Assembly (NCBI GenBank): GCA_026025075.1
Contig: JAPEUI010000066.1
Coordinates: 1-64,000, forward strand
Source of the DNA: Vezdaea acicularis
Lineage: Eukaryota
Direction of reading: 5' to 3'
Length of the DNA stretch: 64,000 bases
Part shown: positions 37,402 to 51,088 of the stretch, one piece after another
Position numbering within the stretch: position 1 is the stretch's first letter
How the letters are laid out: each line of letters begins with the position of its first letter
Position numbers and translations under genes: made by a program
Notes under the pieces: generated by a model
The model's database searches: none
Seen by the model: the letters and a program-made list of their open reading frames with translations, nothing else
What the model was told of the DNA's origin: nothing

Positions 37402-38416
37402 CGAAGCGGGCCTGAGAGAGAGTCTGCGGCTGGGGCAACGATCTAGGAGGAGCAGCTGGTTTTGGATAGGCTTCGTCCGCGGAACGGGCCGGTCGAGCGT
37501 CGAATGTCTGTAATCACTAAATCATGGCGTCTGGAGCGTTTTCTCTGCATATATGGCGGTAAACAGGGGGATTTTCCTTTGGACAGTGTCCACACACTCG
37601 GATCCTTAATGGTCCACCACTACTAACAATTATTTTTCTTAAGAATTTAAGAAGTTCGATCTTACTAAACTATCCCTAACATCATGTATTTGCCAGAGTG
37701 TCGGAATGCAAACCTGCGAAATTATTGGTGCAGCACATGACCATGTGCGTCCATGTTGAGAGCACTGCGGTTCAAAACCTCACTCCTCCGGCACCTGCAT
37801 GTGAGAGACACTTACTTAAACAGCCACCACGCGCGGATCATGGAGCAAGAGGCCTAGCGATAAACGAGCAAGCCCCGCAGTGAAATAAGCATCAGGCAAG
37901 GGATGACTGCAAACCACCAGGAACTATAAACATCCCTGATAATTCCCAAGGATTGCTATTATTCCAAATTTCTTTCGCATCTGGCCATGGTCATTTGACG
38001 AGTCGCCTGGAGTAAGTTCGGGGTCAGGTTGTCGGTTCTTGAAGATATACGGATTGAGCTCGGGCGTGTTGGCGGGCTAAACATAGAAAAACAGCCGGAA
38101 GGTTCTTTATCGTTGAAGAATACCCAGCCAAGCCGAGCCACGATATTATCCGGAGCTCGTCATTGGGTCAATTCTCAGTCAAAACTCTTGCTGCAAGAGT
38201 AAGTCACAAGGGGTAGGGCTAGGACATGACATAACCTGATTTCAGGCGCCACCCCTGGAGACGCCGAGCCCACGCACGCGAAAATTTGTTCATTTCTGCC
38301 GGTTGCCCCTGCATTTCATTCACTCTTTCTTACCACGCTTCATTGCGTGTTCATTTCGAGCAGCGCCTTCTAACCACTGTCACAATTCTCTTCCTCTTTA
38401 TACTAAATTGAATCAA

Positions 38417-40390
38417 ATGGACCACAATCCAAAAGCCCCAAAAACGGAAATGGCAGCAAGAGCGGTGCAGAGTCCTGCAGTCGTAGGCAGCGCCGACGCC
38501 TTGCCTCCAAAGCTCCAAGAAAAGAAGCCAAATTCTGGCATGACTCTGGATTTAGCAAAGCCAACCGGCTTCCGCCGCATGGCTGCTGCTCGTGCTCAGG
38601 TAGAAGCGACGTCTTCTACAAAAACTTCCATAACTCTTTCTCCTGCTATTTCTTCTGCCACTAGTGCTTTGGCTAGTCTGCCTGCCTTTCCTTCCGTGGC
38701 CCCTTCAACTAGGGGTCCTGCTAGTCTTTCTGCTAGCCCTGCCGCCATTTCCTCCGCTGGTTCCCTTCTTGAATTATCTGCTGGACCTTCTGATACTAGT
38801 ACTCCCGCTACTAGCCTTTCTCTTAATCCTACAATTGGTACTGAGCATCAGCTAGCCCTCTATATGATTATATCCTCGTTCCTGGAACTTGATTCACTAA
38901 TCAGATTTTAGTGAACAAACCCTCCGATCTTCCCAGACACTGGTTTTTCGACTGCTCCAAGGGGGCTCCACTTGAGTCCCATGGTCGTACAAAGTCGGGT
39001 GAAGTTGAGGAATGGAGCCATGGGCCACGACCAATGAATGGCCTTTTCAGCCCTAACCCCGACTTCCTATATGGAATGAGCTATGTGCAGCCTGACGAAA
39101 AATCTTTTCTGTTCAGTCTTCCAGAAGAAGTAATAGGAAAGATCATCTCATATTTAACAGATGATCGGATCGCTATCAGAGAGCTATCGGCAACATCGCA
39201 AGCTGCCTGGAACCTTGTGAGGGGCCACATCACTGTGTGGGACGCAACAAGAGGAGATTATGGCGGCGCGGAATCCTTGACGAGCAAAGTCAATAAGCCA
39301 ACGGACAATTCCTCCCATGACTTTACCATCATCAATGGATACAAGCAAGATCCTATTGATCGTCAGTGGGTGTACGACATCCTCATGCATGAAAGAATGC
39401 TTCTCGCGATTACGAACCATGCTGATAGTCTTGTCCGCCTCGAACTAAATCATGTACCTCTGATTGAAATCAAGACAGTCGAAACACTGTTACCTGTACT
39501 CCCCAGGTTAAGATTCTTGCGTAAGTGATCCCATTAGCGGTAGTAGTCTTATGCTTCAATTTTAATTATTTCTCTCAGGCATCCGATGTTGTCGACTTTT
39601 AGATTTGTCGGCCACTAAAGCACTTATGAGAGCTTGTATAGATGGGCGTAAGAAGGGAAAGCACATTGACCTCGACTTTCTTCCACAAATTCAGACGGAC
39701 GTAGCAAACTTGCGAAATGATTCTGACTTCAACATTCCTCTCGCCGCTTTTCTGTATAGCGTGTTACCAGAAGCCCACATGCTTCAGATGTCTTTAGCTA
39801 AAACAACGTCAGACTTCTATTGGGCAGCAGAGAGTGTCGGCTATGGTGTTGACGAGCCCGAGCGAGGTCCCGGCATGAACACAAATATCTGGAAGAAAAT
39901 CTGTGCTGGCATCCAGGACCAGGAGGTCTTGGAATGGGCTGCAAGACACAAAAATAGGAAGAGAAGGACCAAGTCAGGGCGAGAAAAGCTGCATGCTTGC
40001 ATGAACGACAAGCACAATATTTCCAAGTACTACCCAAAATCTACGCTTCTACAGGAAAATCAGCAGACTACTGCGACGGTGCAAGGACCGCCGAACGAGT
40101 TGATGGCAATATTCTTCTTACCGTTCCAATTGACTTTCGTATCGTCAGACCAAGCATGTTGCTGGGGTTGTATCCTCGAGCAAGCATTAGTAATGGACAA
40201 ATACCACGGATCGTGCTTCGAGATGGCGTATATGGCCCGAAAACTCCTCCGCCATGGCCTCGACGCGATGATCACAGTAGCTAAGCAGAACTTACCGAAG
40301 GTGGCCAAATCCAAGGAGACTTGGGAAGATATAGCTTTCGACCGGACCAGGCGCAACAAATTTGATCCACCAAGTAGCCGTCACTGGTAA
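38417..40390 (+). CDS. Hypothetical F-box-like protein, 3 exons
   Basis: Three consecutive ORFs joined by GT-AG introns (38838-38911 and about 39521-39578). F-box-like LFSLPEEVIGKIISYL and LRR-like LVRLELNHVPLI...LPRLRFL. Confidence 0.6.
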
Positions 40391-40743
40391 CATATAGGCC
40401 GAGTAAAAATTTGAGCGGTAAGCTGTAAGTAAAACCCTGACTTGTAGGTTAGGTAGGCTGACATTCGTGCATAGCTCTCTATGTGATCTTGCTGACAGTG
40501 CCTGAAGAGCAATATTGCTGGTGCTTTAGCTCGGTTCTGCGCCTGGATTGTCCTCGTTCGGCTGGAGAGATGGTGGGTGCGATTTGAGGTGGTATGGAGA
40601 TGGGAAATTAGGACATGGACAACAGCGAAAAGTTACTTGCGTGCGAATATGATGCCCTTAATTGCTTTCTTGCTCTTTCTTTGCGGCTTAGAGACTCCTA
40701 CATAACTAAATTGATTGCAGAAAATTCGACCCCTAATTTCTTT

Positions 40744-41373
40744 TCAGAAGTTACTGCCCGCTTCATTGGCTGCATTTTGCCAGATCTTGATCAGTGGACC
40801 ATCTGCTCCGAAGATGGGATCTGAAGCAGGAACCGGCACCCCTTTTGCTGCTCGTGCCTTTTCCTTTGTCTCTTCTTCGCTGGCCTTGCAGAAATTATTG
40901 TCGTACCTCGGAGCACCAGCGGGGTATAAACCTAGGTATCGATAGTCTGAGCTTGACTGACCGCGGATGGAGCAATGCGACACTCCTGCCTACTGACTTG
41001 TAAGATCTTGATTGACTACGCTATCAAATATGAGGCTTAATACAGGAAGTACTATCGCATCTCCCGCCTCTAGCTCTACCTCCAAGCCCCCATGTTCCTC
41101 TTGCGATTCTTGCGGTCCCCGTCCTAAAAGTAACCGACTTTTACCCGACACGACAGCGTAGCATTCATGTGTCACGCTGTGAAAGTGATGCGCAAAATAG
41201 GATTCGAACACCCCGCCGTACAACCACTGATTTTCCTCCACAGCTTTGGTCGCGCTGGCTTCGTCCAATGGGGATGGCAGACAGGAGCGATAGACAAGAA
41301 CGGGAAGGCAGGAGTTAGGTACATATCTGGTAGCCTTCTCGAGACGATATATCTCTGGCATGCTGGACGACAT
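40744..41373 (-). CDS. Cupin-domain protein (YjlB-like)
   Basis: VPNSCLPVLVYR, HHFHSVTHECYAV, GDAIVLP|AGVSHC, YLGLYP, DPIFGADGPL. One intron. Confidence 0.85.
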
Positions 41374-41757
41374 TTTGCTTCGATGCCGATTCAAAAATTG
41401 CGCATGGACATGCACATGTCCTCGGAATTCGCCTTGAGGTTGGGTTGGCCAATCGGATCCAGGTAGTGACGAATAGGGCGGTCAACATCACTTAGCGAAA
41501 TATTTGCTGCTCCCACTCTTTGTATACAACGACCACAGTAGGATGTCATTGACCCTTGTAAACTGAGTAGAGAATTCTTAAACGGGACTTTAGCTAACTA
41601 ACAAGGGCTAAAATGGCCAAGAGCTCTCGCCCTGATGTTGTCACTACTCGAAGCTTATTGGGTCCAGCAGCTTCTAATGGGTCAACATAAAGGTGATGGA
41701 GCCGGACGCTGGAATTTTGAAGATGGATTGGATTCAATCTTTACATAGGCAGAAAAT

Positions 41758-43102
41758 ATGAACACTTTAGAGCTATCAGAGATCCGGCCTCAGGAGAATC
41801 CACAGAACGTGCCTGACAGCACCCAGTTGGATGTAGAAAGGGATGCTGGGAAGGCTGTTCCAGAAGGTAAGGCTCTTTCTGGCTCCAGGGAAGCACATCT
41901 TGCTCTCGAAAGGTTTCTAACATAATGACTAGCTACTCTCCCAAATCCTTCCGAGAATGTTCCTCCACTTCGAGCTCTTTCCTTTCTTGACAGGTTTCTG
42001 GTCGTATGGATTTTGCTTGCCATGGGCCTTGGAATACTGCTAGGTAACGTGGTTCCATCAACAGGAATGCGACTGCAACAGGATGGAATTGTGGGCGTCA
42101 GTTTCCCTATTGGTCTGTCAAGGTTCTCTCAGCCTGATTTGATAGTTTGATTGACGTTTAGATAGCAATTGGCCTCCTTGTCATGATGTATCCCATCCTA
42201 TGCAAAGTCCGTTTCGAAACGTTGCACCTTTTGATGTCGCACCGCCAACTATGGATTCAAATTGGGTTCTCTTTCCTCCTCAATTGGATACTTGCGCCCC
42301 TCCTCATGGTGGGGCTTGCATGGGCATTCCTTCCTGACAGATCTGATCTTCGCGAAGGCCTCATATTCGTGGGAATCGCCAGATGCATAGCTATGGTACT
42401 TATATGGACCGACTTGGCAGGTGGAGATGGAGACTACTGCGCTGTTCTTGTTGCTGTCAACAGTATACTGCAAATCGTACTATTTGCACCTCTAGCGGTG
42501 TTTTACGTTGAGGTCGTAAGCCGCTCGTCTGAGAAGATTGATGTGAGCTATCAACAAGTTGCTAAGAGCGTGGTTATCTTCTTAGGTATGTTTCAACCCC
42601 GTTACCATTTGTGCTTTGACTAATCATGCGTTCAGGTGTTCCACTAGCCGCAGCAGTTATCACAAGGCTCGTTCTTCGGAGGATTCTCGGACCACGTCGC
42701 TACCAAACACATTTCATCCGTTTCATCGCTCCGCTCTCTCTAATTGCGCTAATATTTACCATCATCGTACTTTTTGCTGCGCAGGGAAAGCATGTGGTCT
42801 CGCAGATTACGTCTGTCCTCCGCGTAATCCCACCATTAGTAGTATATTTCACGATCATGTTCGCACTTACGATCTACTTATGCCGGAAGTTTGGGTTTGG
42901 ATACAAAGTTTCTTGCACACAAAGCTTCACGGCTGCGAGCAACAATTTTGAGCTTGCCATAGCAGTGGTTGTTGCGGTCTTTGGGGCTAGTAGCAACCAG
43001 GCGCTAGCAAGTACCGTCGGACCTCTTGTTGAAGTCCCTGTCTTAATTGGTCTTGTCTATCTCATGAAATGGGTAAAGGGCCATTGGCGGTGGGCCGACT
43101 AG
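41758..43102 (+). CDS. ACR3: Arsenite/antimonite efflux transporter Acr3
   Basis: LSFLDRFL, GLLVMMYPILCKV, GIARCIAMVLIW (conserved Cys), SFTAASNNFELAIAV, VGPLVEVP. 3 introns. Confidence 0.93.
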
Positions 43103-44440
43103 AAACCGGGCCGTAAGATAGGCTTTAACCCTGGTTCTGGGTGTGGAGGCTTGGAGCAATATGCATGGTTGCGATCTTGACATTGGTAGGGTACAATATG
43201 CTCATTCAGAAGAGGGAAGACGTGGTCACAAATTTGAAACCTAGAAGATCCAACAGCTCTTGAGTAACACAGAGTTAACAATGAGCAGTCATCACGAACC
43301 AAAGTATGCGCCAAGCTTGTATCACGTGAGATAAAGTGCATGAAGGAGCGAGGAAGCGTTGTGGCGTATATTGCTAGTATTTTTCATCGTACGGAGAGAT
43401 CTATTGACTACTAATGACTATCATCGCCTCTTTACTAGTTTTTAATATCTACTCCTACACGAACTATCTTGCGCAACCATCCCGCGTTGAGACTAGCCCA
43501 TTGCCTGCCCATCCGCAAGCGCCTCACACCCAGAACATGGACACTGGGCTTAAACCAGAGTCTAGAACACCGCATTCTGGAAAACCCCTCGCAATTTTAC
43601 CCGAAAATGTGCATGGTGACGAATTGCACCAGCATGTGTTGTGGCGTGTGGATCTCACCCTACATGCCTTGCCGCTCCTTTCGCTCGCTCTGACATTTAT
43701 ATTTACAGAGTAACGCCAGGTTATGGTACCATTGGAGGCACCAGCGGAGAGTTGCTCGACAAGTCCGGGCAGACCTTCCCTCCCCATGCATCTGCGGACC
43801 TCACGGTGACCCCATTGAGGCTAGGTGCGCTGAACTCATCTCCACCAGATCTTGAAACGGTCGAACACTGTATGAGCTGCCCAAATCCCATATTTGCAAC
43901 ATTGAGAAGCTCTACGACACCTAAGGGTAGCCAAGCAAACCTGTAACAACCTCTTGCAAGACGATAGAGCGGTCCGACGCTGGGTCTAGCACCTCACGCA
44001 ATCTTTGCGGCTCTCAACCTCGTCAAATACTTGCAGATAAGCCAAATGGCCTGGCACTGGAGGGAAAACCGAAACCAACAAGACTGAAAATGCAGAATGG
44101 AGGCCTGGCGCACCTCTAAGAGAACGTTCGTACCATACCCAGTCCTTTCTAGTGTCCGGTACATCGGCCTCCACCTCTCAGCCAAATTTGAACTCTACTG
44201 TAACAACTTTAAAGAGACGCCGAGCACTATTCGAAACCCCTTCGCGGCTCGGCATATCTGCCTCACCGAACAGCGCGCAAGCTTCACAAGTAAAGATACC
44301 TTCTCAATCTCTTATACTTCTCCCTAGACTTCGTGATATAAGTAAAGAAGTCCCATCATTCGTTATTGTTCTCCTCGCAGAACAGTCGCTGGAGACCATA
44401 AGCACCACCTCGAACTCTAAGTTAGGAGCCTGGTGCGAAA

Positions 44441-47400
44441 ATGCTGAAGAACGCACAAGACGATGTAGGGAGCGGCTCAGGCGTAACAAGGTTGAAGCTA
44501 GCTCGAGGTTCGTTCACCAGCGAGAGTCCTTCTCGATCACTGAGCACGCCTAGCACCTCTCATTCTGTGGGTGACTCGGTTGGGCAACTAAGCGTAACGC
44601 CAGAAACACCTGAGAAAGGCAATGGCATGCAAGTCCTTAGCCAACTTGGGATTGTCGAGCTCCTGGAGCAAGATGGAAGGCCAACATTCATCCTCGACCT
44701 AGGACAGGATGCCAAATATAGCCCTGGACACCTCCAGGTGTTGTTCATGAACGCGGCCCTGCAGGCTTGTCCCGGACTAGTTGGGATTATTACGGGCACA
44801 GCTGACAGAGATTCACCAGGGATTGCAGTTCCCTCAACCTTTCATGAGTTTAAGACTTGGGTGATGAGTCTTACGAAAGATAAACAATCTACGGATGTTC
44901 ATCACTTCCAATTTATTTATGGAGGAATGACATGGACCCGTTCAACTTTGCGAAAGAGGTTACGCGTTCTTAGCGGGAGCTTCAATGCGCACAGCTCAAG
45001 CTTTCGATCAAATCCTTCCTCACCCGATCTACAAAATTCTAAGGCGGACCGGAATGGATTTCTACCCGAGGCAACCATCCCTGAAGAACGAGCTCATGTT
45101 GATTACTTCGGTCCTGGAGCCTTATCTTCTGATCATGCAGGTGTAGATGTTGACAAAGGCAAAGTAATGTCGATAACAGACTCCCCTGATAGCAAACTGT
45201 TCTTGCCGAACGAGCCTATAACCCATTCTAGCCTACATGGAGGAAGCGACTTTGCAGACAGCCACCCGTCTCCGAACAGCAATGCCTCAAAAGCACTGTC
45301 TTCTGAAGGCCCTTTGGATCTTCTTAGCCTAGGAAAGTTTGCGGATGTTGCATATTTTGATTGGACTCGCTTGCCAATCAGTCCGGCAATGCCGAAACAT
45401 ATTCAGTTCGCGAAGTCAGTTGATTGGGCATCAACAGGTGAGTTTCTTGGAACTTGGGCAGCTGCACTGTATCGAGGCGCTGACTTCATGTTTAGAGCTA
45501 GGTCTTATGGAATCCTGGTCACCAACTCTGCGTCTTATGTGTAATTTAATCATGGCTAGCCCACATCCAGCGGCGATGTACTGGGGTAATACGAATGTCG
45601 CCATTTATAATGAGAGCTACATCCACATAGCTGGACGGAAACATCCTGAGCTAATGGGACAGAGCTATAACAAAGCCTGGTCCGAGATATGGGATGAAAT
45701 CAAAGGTGTTTTTGAAGAAGCTAAGACCTCAGGATTGTCAACAATGAAGGCCGACGATTGCTTGATGTTGAATAGAAACGGCTTTGTAGAAGAAACGTAC
45801 TTCTCCTGGTCGATCATTCCAATTGTAGGTGACAGTGGGGAGATCAGTGGCTTATATAATCCTTGCTTCGAGCATACCAAACGTAAAGTTGCTGAGCGGA
45901 GGATGTTGACCCTCAGGGAGATAGGAGAGCGCGTGGCCACCGCTCGCGATACTAAGAACTTTTGGAAACAAGTTCTTAAAGGGCTGGATTACAACCCGGA
46001 GGATACCCCGTTTGTTTTACTCTATTCTATAGCGACCGATGACCAAGGTGGAGGAAGCGAAACTTCATCAATACAATCAAGCAGCTTGAAGGCTACGAAG
46101 CAATGCTTGTTGGAAGGAAGCTTAGGCGTCCCAGAAGGACATGACGCGGCCCCCTTAATCTTGGATCCTAATACTGACGACAGTGGCTGGTGTAGCTATT
46201 TCAAAGCTTCCATGAAGGACGGAACTCATATACTTCTTGATGTTGAGAAAGGAACCCTTGCTCCAAGCCTCCTAGACGGTATTGAATTTCGCGGTTTCGG
46301 CGAACGATGCAGATCCGTTGTCATCTCTCCGGTTCAACCTACTACTGATGATTCCGTCCTTGGCTTTCTAGTTATGGGCATCAATCCAAGGCGGCCTTAT
46401 GATGACGAGTACGACCTGTTTGTGCAACTATTGACGCGACAGTTAGCGACTGCAATGGCTTCTGTAGTCCTTTTTGAGGAGGAGATCAGAAGAGGGGAGA
46501 GAGCTGCCAAGCTTGCCGCTATAGATCGGATGGAATTGCATGAGCAACTCGCAGCGAGGACTCAGGAGGCTGTTGATAGTGAGACGAAGTTTACCAGAAT
46601 GGCAGAATTTGCCCCTGTGGGTATGTTCATCGCAAATTCAGAGGGTAAGCTGACCTTCTGCAACGACACTTGGTACAAGATCACGGGCCATCCGAGAGAC
46701 GGACATCATGGACTAAACTGGATGGACTCCGTAAAGGATGAGGATAGGGAGATCGCTGAAGAAATGTGGAACAAATTAATCAACAAGAAAGAGCCAGCAA
46801 ACAGGGAATTTCGCTTCAAGGTACGTTGGGAGGCACGCAATGGCAGTGCTAAGGGCGATACTTGGGTGTTAGCTTCTGCGTACCCAGAGAAGGCCGAGAA
46901 TGGGTCCCTGAAGAGCGTTTTTGGTAGCATAACAAACATTAGCCAACAGAAATGGGCTGAGGACGTCCAGAAGCAGAGGACTGAGGAGGCAGTGGAGATG
47001 AAACGGCAGCAAGGTAAGTTCAGATGCTTATTTAAGCTTATATGCAATTCGCTGTATGGGGACCCGCAGAGCTGGAGAAGCCGGCTACTTACTTCTGTGG
47101 TGTCACACACGGAGTACGAATATCTGTGCTGTCCCTCGCGTGGCTCCTTGTCCCGCAAGCAGGGCAAATTTCGTTGCATCTAAGACATTCTATATGAAGC
47201 TTCTATTTGGCACTCACCCGCTCAGGTACTGACTTCTCTCAGAGAACTTCATCGACACTACGAGTCATGAGATGCGAAACCCGCTTAGCGCAATATTGCA
47301 GTGTGCCGACGAAATCTCAACGACACTCAGCAGCCTTCGCTCGGAATCCAATCACAACTCTGGACCAAGTGCTGAACTAGTTGATAGCAGTATCGATGCA

Positions 47401-48738
47401 GCTCAGACTATTGCCCTCTGTGCACAGCACCAGAAACGAATCGTGGATGACGTTCTTACACTTTCGAAATTGGACGGCGCATTGCTACTTGTTACACCTG
47501 TGGATGTGAAACCAGTCTCCGTTGTGCAAAGGGCGCTAAGAATGTTTGAGGGTGAGCTAGAGACGCATGATATCGAGGTCAACTTCACTATACACAAGAG
47601 CTACACAGATTTAAATATTGACTGGGTGCGGATGGACCCTTCTCGACTGATGCAGGTTCTCATCAATCTGATAACCAACGCTATCAAATTCACTCAAGGA
47701 GAGCCAACTCGTAAAATAACCATGCTTATTGGAGCAGGCCTCGACGCACCGTTAGACAAAGATAAGCCTTGTGTTACCTACTTCCCCACTCGCACCAAGA
47801 CGAAAGACTTGACGAAAGATCCGGAGTGGGGCGAGGGGGAGCAAGTTTACCTGCATTTCGGTGTCACCGATACGGGTCGTGGCCTTGACGAGCAGGAAAA
47901 GAAAGTCCTGTTTCATCGTTTTGCACAATCGAGTCCTCGTACTCATGTGCAATATGGCGGCTCTGGCTTGGGTCTTTTTATCTCGCGGCAACTCGTCGAA
48001 TTGCAAGCCGGAGAAATCGGCGTTTCATCCGAGAGCGGAATCGGGAGCACTTTCGCATTCTACATAAAAGTCCGCCGATCGAATCCTCCAGACGGTGCTG
48101 CCGACTATCTTCCCTCCGAACACCCCCGAAAGACCTCGATCCCCAAACGGCCCCTGGCTAGAGCCGGGGCCTCAGGCTCCTCTGCGAAAGAAGAAACAAG
48201 CCCCAGACCCGATTCTATTCCCTTCAAGGCTGCAGAACCGATCAAAGACCTCTCAAATCTCAAGATTCTCATCGTTGAGGATAATCTGGTCAACCAACGC
48301 GTCTTGCAAAAACAGCTCAAAAATCTCGGCTGTGCTGTCGCTGTCGCGAACCACGGCGGCGAAGCTCTTGCCTATCTGCAAACAACGCGCTTCTGGAAGG
48401 GCAAGAGCCAGTCCGAGGGGGTCGAGCTTAGCATTGTTCTTATGGACCTTGAGATGCCCGTCATGGACGGTTTGACGTGCGCGCGTAAGATCAGGAACCT
48501 GGAGGCGGCGGGCGAGGTCGTGGGCCATGTCCCAATTATTGCGGTCACGGCAAATGCGAGGAGCGGGCAGATCGAGACTGCATTGAAGGCAGGCATGGAT
48601 GATGTAGTGTCGAAGCCGTTCAGGATCCCAGAGTTGATACCGAAGATCCAGGATGCGATGGCGGAACATGGGCAGTCAAATCCAATTGAAACGATAGAGG
48701 CGCCGAAAGAGGGCAAGACGGCAGGAGCTGGGCCCTAA
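44441..48738 (+). CDS. Hybrid sensor histidine kinase (PAS-like / HisKA / HATPase / receiver), probably fungal group XI; start uncertain
   Basis: FAKSVDWAST, HPAAMYWG, PAS region, H-box ENFIDTTSHEMRNPL, N-box NLITNAIKFT, DTGRG, GGSGLGL, receiver VEDNLVNQ...LMDLEMPVMDG...SKPF. Introns near 45438 and at 47014-47242. Confidence 0.92.
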
Positions 48739-51088
48739 AGCACTGTGATCATTATCAACATAGAAGAGACGGCGATTCGATTTTTCATACAGGTAATTTG
48801 TTAGGCTATACTTGGATCAAGCCAGCCCTGGAGGCTCAAGGCTATCCTGCGCTGGCAGATGGGAGGCATATGTATGTTGCATCGGATTAGATGAGATGAA
48901 ATGCGAGGCTTAGGGCTTTCTTGGGCGGGCAGCATCATTGCATGAGGTGTTCTACGTTGGGCATGGTGGATGGCTTGATGATTTTGCATTGGCACAGCGA
49001 GGGCGGCCTTATGTTGGCGTCTTAGAGCCCATAGACTTTCTCCAAATACACGAATATGCCTGGAAAGGGGCGGCGCAAGCACCCTTCTCTAACCGTCCTA
49101 ATCAATACCACCAATCCTACATGTTGCAAGTCTTCTCCAGAGAGCTATTGGGTGCATTAACAATCACCTTTAACGAGGCTGCCTTACTCCTAGCCAAGCG
49201 TAGTTCAGCGTACTGTAACCATACATTAGCCTTACGGAGGAAGCCGGGTATTCCTGCCGTTCGCCGGTCGTCAACCAAGGCTTCATCATGTCAAACTCCC
49301 AAATAGCATTGACTCGCGCACGCGAAACATGAGCCTCTCAAGGACGCCCACTTGTCAGCGGCGACGTGATGAAAACAATGCGCTGTCGCGCTGAGTGGCG
49401 GCTTCGATTGGAGAGCCTGCGACCAGTTCTCGGCCGCCACAATTGCCTGTTCCGGACGATGGCGGGGTCGTGAGAGATCGGTTCTGGAACGGATTCGTCC
49501 ACACGCGATTGCGCACTTTGGATGGCGCATCGGGCCATGGTCCCCACGCAACGGCGGCTTTTGGAGTTGACTTTGCTTTTTGCGGTGGGTGCGTGTGCAA
49601 GGGCGCCAAGCGTTGCTGGAGCCAGGCGCCGCTGATAAAAGAAGTGTCTCACTTGTCGCGCGCGGTGTTTCGCGTTGGGAGGGTGAGATCACGACGGCAC
49701 GGATACGGGGAACGGCGGATGGTTAGTTGTGCTTGGAGAAGACGAAAGAATAATGGAATATTGGAAGAGGGGAGTTATGGACCTGCTCAAATTGGACGTC
49801 GCACAAATGACCGCTTGACTGACCCTTTGACCGTCTTCGCTCCTGTTCATGGCCTTTCCCCGCTCGGAGGTTGTCGGCGGCGCGAAAGAGGCAGCAGACG
49901 GCCCGAGAACGACTGCTATCGTTGATAGCTAGAATGAACTGGTTTCTCACCCCGGACCGCGAATGATAAGAAGGGTTACTATTCCGTAGACAGAAGACCA
50001 CGGATCCCGTGTCTTCTGTGTTCTGCCTCTCGTCAGCATGTAACCCCTCATCCATCGGATGGAGTGGGGCGCAGATCTGAACTTTGATTGAAAGCAGATG
50101 CATCCCGTCTCCCGCCTACGAAAAGACAGCACGGCCGGTATCCAATCGCCAGATAGAAGGGCGATCTGTTATGAGAACAAGATAGGCGGACCTCTCGGAA
50201 CGCTTGCAGGGTCCTAAGGCTATCACTAAAGCCTCGTCGCTGCGCGACGCAACCCAAGCTTTATGCGAGCACAGTTCAAAGATGGATAAGCATGCTCAAA
50301 ATCTTGAGGTGAGAGGGAAAGGATAATGAGCTTCCTGATCGGCGGCTCGCATTGACGAGAAGACGTGAAGACGTGCGTAGACCCTGTCTCGACAGGATTG
50401 CCCCCCATAGTATCCGCGTGGTGCGCATCAGGTAGGGCGTTCGGATTCACGCGGCCTTGCCCTAAGACGTTGCGGAGAAGGCTCCTTCGTCTGCCATTCC
50501 GTGGCCCAAGCCTCATGTGATGAAGATGCGTATTTTGCAGTTGTAGGAATGAGCGAATGTCCTTGGCCCAGATCGGCCGGTAAAAGAATGGTGTCTCCGA
50601 CACTTGCTGATGACGCTCAAGCGTTTCATCCGATGGTGACAAGTGATCGGTCGAGATACGTTGAGGGGCGCTCAGGGTCGCCCAGCGGAAAAGAAAATAC
50701 CCTAAGCATAGAGGTACGGAGTGACGTTGACGTTTTAGACCGCTCCAGGCGAAGTCCACCACTGGGGCGAGACGGCAAGCACTGCCGCTGCCTGCCCAAG
50801 CCTCAAACATCAGCTGGGCACAACCGCTGGGGACAACAATCACGCACCGACGCTCACAACCCTCCTCGCGTCTTACATACCACGCATGCGCACTTCGCAG
50901 GCTTTACCTGTGCCACTTTGCTCAACTGGCTTGACGACTTCTGTTCAAGACCACGCGTCGTGCCACTGCCTCGCCGGCCATGCGACCTCGGTAGAACCCT
51001 CTCAGCCTCTCTCCGCAGTCTCGTCGCTGGCCCATCGAACAGAATCAGCTGGCGACGGTGAGGGCGCTGCTGGCGCTCAATAACCATC

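Noticed and set aside
43414..44440. Short ORFs and splice-like signals upstream of the histidine kinase
   Set aside because: They could be extra 5' exons or uORFs, but no convincing in-frame path could be built.
47050..47145. TPP riboswitch in the histidine-kinase intron
   Set aside because: Lacks the CUGAGA and CUGAU...AAU...CGNAGG cores, and the host is not a thiamine gene.
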